A stretch of DNA of 64,000 nucleotides from Eledone cirrhosa. Taxonomy: Eukaryota. Below, in pieces: positions 60,890-64,000 of this stretch. The number at the start of each line of letters is the position of its first letter. Within the stretch, counting starts at the first letter, position 1. The stretch is taken from contig OZ024748.1 in the NCBI GenBank assembly GCA_964016885.1, forward strand, positions 50,034,001-50,098,000, in the 5' to 3' direction. Made by a program: the position numbers and the translations under genes. Below the pieces are notes generated by a model. The model saw nothing but the letters and a program-made list of their open reading frames with translations. It had not been told where the DNA came from and ran no database searches.

Positions 60890-61314
60890 TTAAGATTGGT
60901 GCTCTGAAATAGCGATGTATAGTATGTTTGGTAATATACCTTATGTTTAATTAAAAAACATTTTGAAGACCTTGCGCTATTATTTTAAAGTAGTGACTAT
61001 GTCACTTATTTCTTTTTTCAGCAAAGGAAGGGAGAGAAGCTGACAGATTCTGTTTCACACTGTTGGTGTTCCTCAGAGCAACGTACTCGCCGACCTCTGC
61101 CGAAAATTATAGAGGTTGGATTCTTATAGAATTCCAATAATAATCAGAAACTGATTATACAGAGCGATTGCCTGTCCAGCAACATTTTCAAAATTAAGAT
61201 TGGTGCTCTGAAATAGCGATATATACATGAATGTATGTATAGTTTGTTTGGCAATATACCGTATGTTTAATTGAAAATATTTTGAAGACCTTGCGCTATT
61301 ATTTTAAAGTAGTG
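60890..61314. repeat. ~105-120-bp direct duplication (60890-60995 and 61194-61314)
   Basis: TTAAGATTGGTGCTCTGAAATAGCGAT...GAAGACCTTGCGCTATTATTTTAAAGTAGTG occurs twice. Confidence 0.85.
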
Positions 61315-61688
61315 TATAAAAACATTCATACACACATATACATATTTACACTCACACAGGCATGCAAGCATACATTCATAGATTCAGTCATACATATATA
61401 CACAGAAACATTCATATATACATAATACACGCATACGTACACACATACACGCATACATACATTCATAAACGGATACATACATTCATGCATGCATGTATAC
61501 ATTCATACATGAATACATATATACATACATACATATATACCTTCATACATACATTCATACGTACGCACATACACTCATACATACGTATATACATACGTAT
61601 ATACATACAATCATACACACTCACATACACTCATACATATATACATACATACACACATGCACTCAAACACTCATATATAGGTATATAT

Positions 61689-61755
<67 letters not shown>

Positions 61756-61759
61756 AATA

Positions 61760-61916
<157 letters not shown>

Positions 61917-62003
61917 AAAATTAAAACTAAGGGTTGTCATGTCTGTGAGACATGCACCATATCCACTGTAGAATAAGCTCAATATATGTCAATCTATTTC
62001 TAG

Positions 62004-62062
<59 letters not shown>

Positions 62063-62482
62063 GTGTGTGTGTATTCATCGGTCCACTTGCAGTTACCAAC
62101 CCTGGGCAAAATTGCTGGGAGTCAACGAAGCAAGCTATAGGCAATGTGCCAATGAAGGCAAGTATTAAGTACCTAGCTCCACGTTCCATACCCAGGCAGT
62201 ACCTGGCAAATGAAAGGAGAACAGTTAAAGAAATATTCAACCTTCCTTTTCTCAACCACCAAATACTGTTCCTAGAGGGTGGGGGTAGGGGGTAGGGGGT
62301 GTAGGAATAATATCGATCTTTGCAGACGCACGCTCGTCGCCATTCTTGTGACACACGAATGAATGGCCGCTTGTCGGTAGAATTGGGACTTTTGCATGGA
62401 TGGTTCAACGAGTGGCTGTAGTTGGAAAAAAGTATATATATTTATATATTCTCTTATAGATACATATATATATATATATACA

Positions 62483-62563
<81 letters not shown>

Positions 62564-62565
62564 GC

Positions 62566-62596
<31 letters not shown>

Positions 62597-62629
62597 TATG
62601 TATATATATACATTATATATATATATGTA

Positions 62630-62713
<84 letters not shown>

Positions 62714-62731
62714 CATTTATATATATATATT

Positions 62732-62771
<40 letters not shown>

Positions 62772-62773
62772 TG

Positions 62774-62805
<32 letters not shown>

Positions 62806-62806
62806 C

Positions 62807-62840
<34 letters not shown>

Positions 62841-62899
62841 TATATATTTATATATATATATTTATAAATATATATTTATGTATATATATATGTATATAT

Positions 62900-62946
<47 letters not shown>

Positions 62947-63018
62947 TATATATATACATGTATATTTATATGTTTCTGGGCATGAATGTTGTATGTGTCA
63001 CTGCGTGTACGTGTCCCA

Positions 63019-63129
<111 letters not shown>

Positions 63130-63644
63130 GCGCACGAGCGCGCGCGCATGTGTGTGTGTGCACGTGCTTAGGTTTGCGGTGTAGAATTGCGTGCCTTAGT
63201 GTAGAAACAACAACACATTACTTACTTACACAGTGATCGCTATACGTGTGTTTTATTATGTTTGTGATATTATTTATAGGCCAATCAATTGAACGCTGTT
63301 CTGGTGGTTCATCGTCTTACAGAAGAATTCAGTTCCGGAAGGAGCGAGCTAAGAGAAGAGAAAAAAATGTCGAACTGGGAAAAATACGCCATGATAGATG
63401 GACAAATTAACTGCACACACAGGAAAACTTTATAATCCTCTCCATACCACTGCTTTCTCTTTCACTAGTATCCCATTGGAATATACATGCAGGCAATACA
63501 AGGTATATAGACAAAGAGGCGCATTCGAGAAGTTTCTAAATTGCAAAATCTTACATGAAAAGACAAAAATAAAAGACAATTTAAGTATGCGAAGCTCATA
63601 TCGTTATGTACGTATATATATATATATATATATGTACGTATATG

Positions 63645-63709
<65 letters not shown>

Positions 63710-64000
63710 GTATATATGTACTTATGTGTGTATGTATCTATGTATGTATGTTGGTATGTCTGTATGTATGTATATATGTTTGTATGTATGTTTGTATGTA
63801 TGTACGTACGTACGTATGTAGTGTGTATGTACGTATGTGTATGTATGCCTGCATGTATGTTTGTATGTATGTATGTATGTATGCATGTATGTCTGATTTC
63901 TGCACAGATGCATGCAGACATGCATATGACAATCTACCAAACCCCATTTATCTATATACATAGCGAAGTATATAAGAAGACACATATAAATATATACATA

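Overview
AT-rich, microsatellite-laden, repeat-dense eukaryotic DNA. The repeat landscape resembles an octopus/coleoid cephalopod intron or intergenic region; that assignment is inferred from recalled repeat families, not checked. No intact host protein-coding gene is supported, and almost all listed ORFs are (TA)n/(CA)n/(TACA)n/(AAC)n artefacts. Retroelements: the 3' ~1.65 kb of a Tx1/L1-clade LINE ending in a (CT)n tract; a 5'-truncated Penelope-like element (PLE; RT thumb, CxCx5C linker, GIY-YIG) with related fragments; several RTE-clade 3' fragments; four near-identical ~600 bp RTE-like non-coding elements; and more than 20 copies of a tRNA-derived Meta-domain-like SINE, often with TSDs or in tandem. 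Also present are MITEs and two ~2.3-2.5 kb minisatellites. The most interesting signal is a set of type I hammerhead ribozyme (HHR) motifs in PLE-like terminal repeats embedded in (TA)n tracts. It includes one canonical HHR, a family with a covaried U3-A8 core (UUGAAAA), a family with a very long stem II insertion, and two 128-150 bp fold-back palindromes carrying head-to-head HHR pairs. All folds were made by eye and ribozyme activity is untested.
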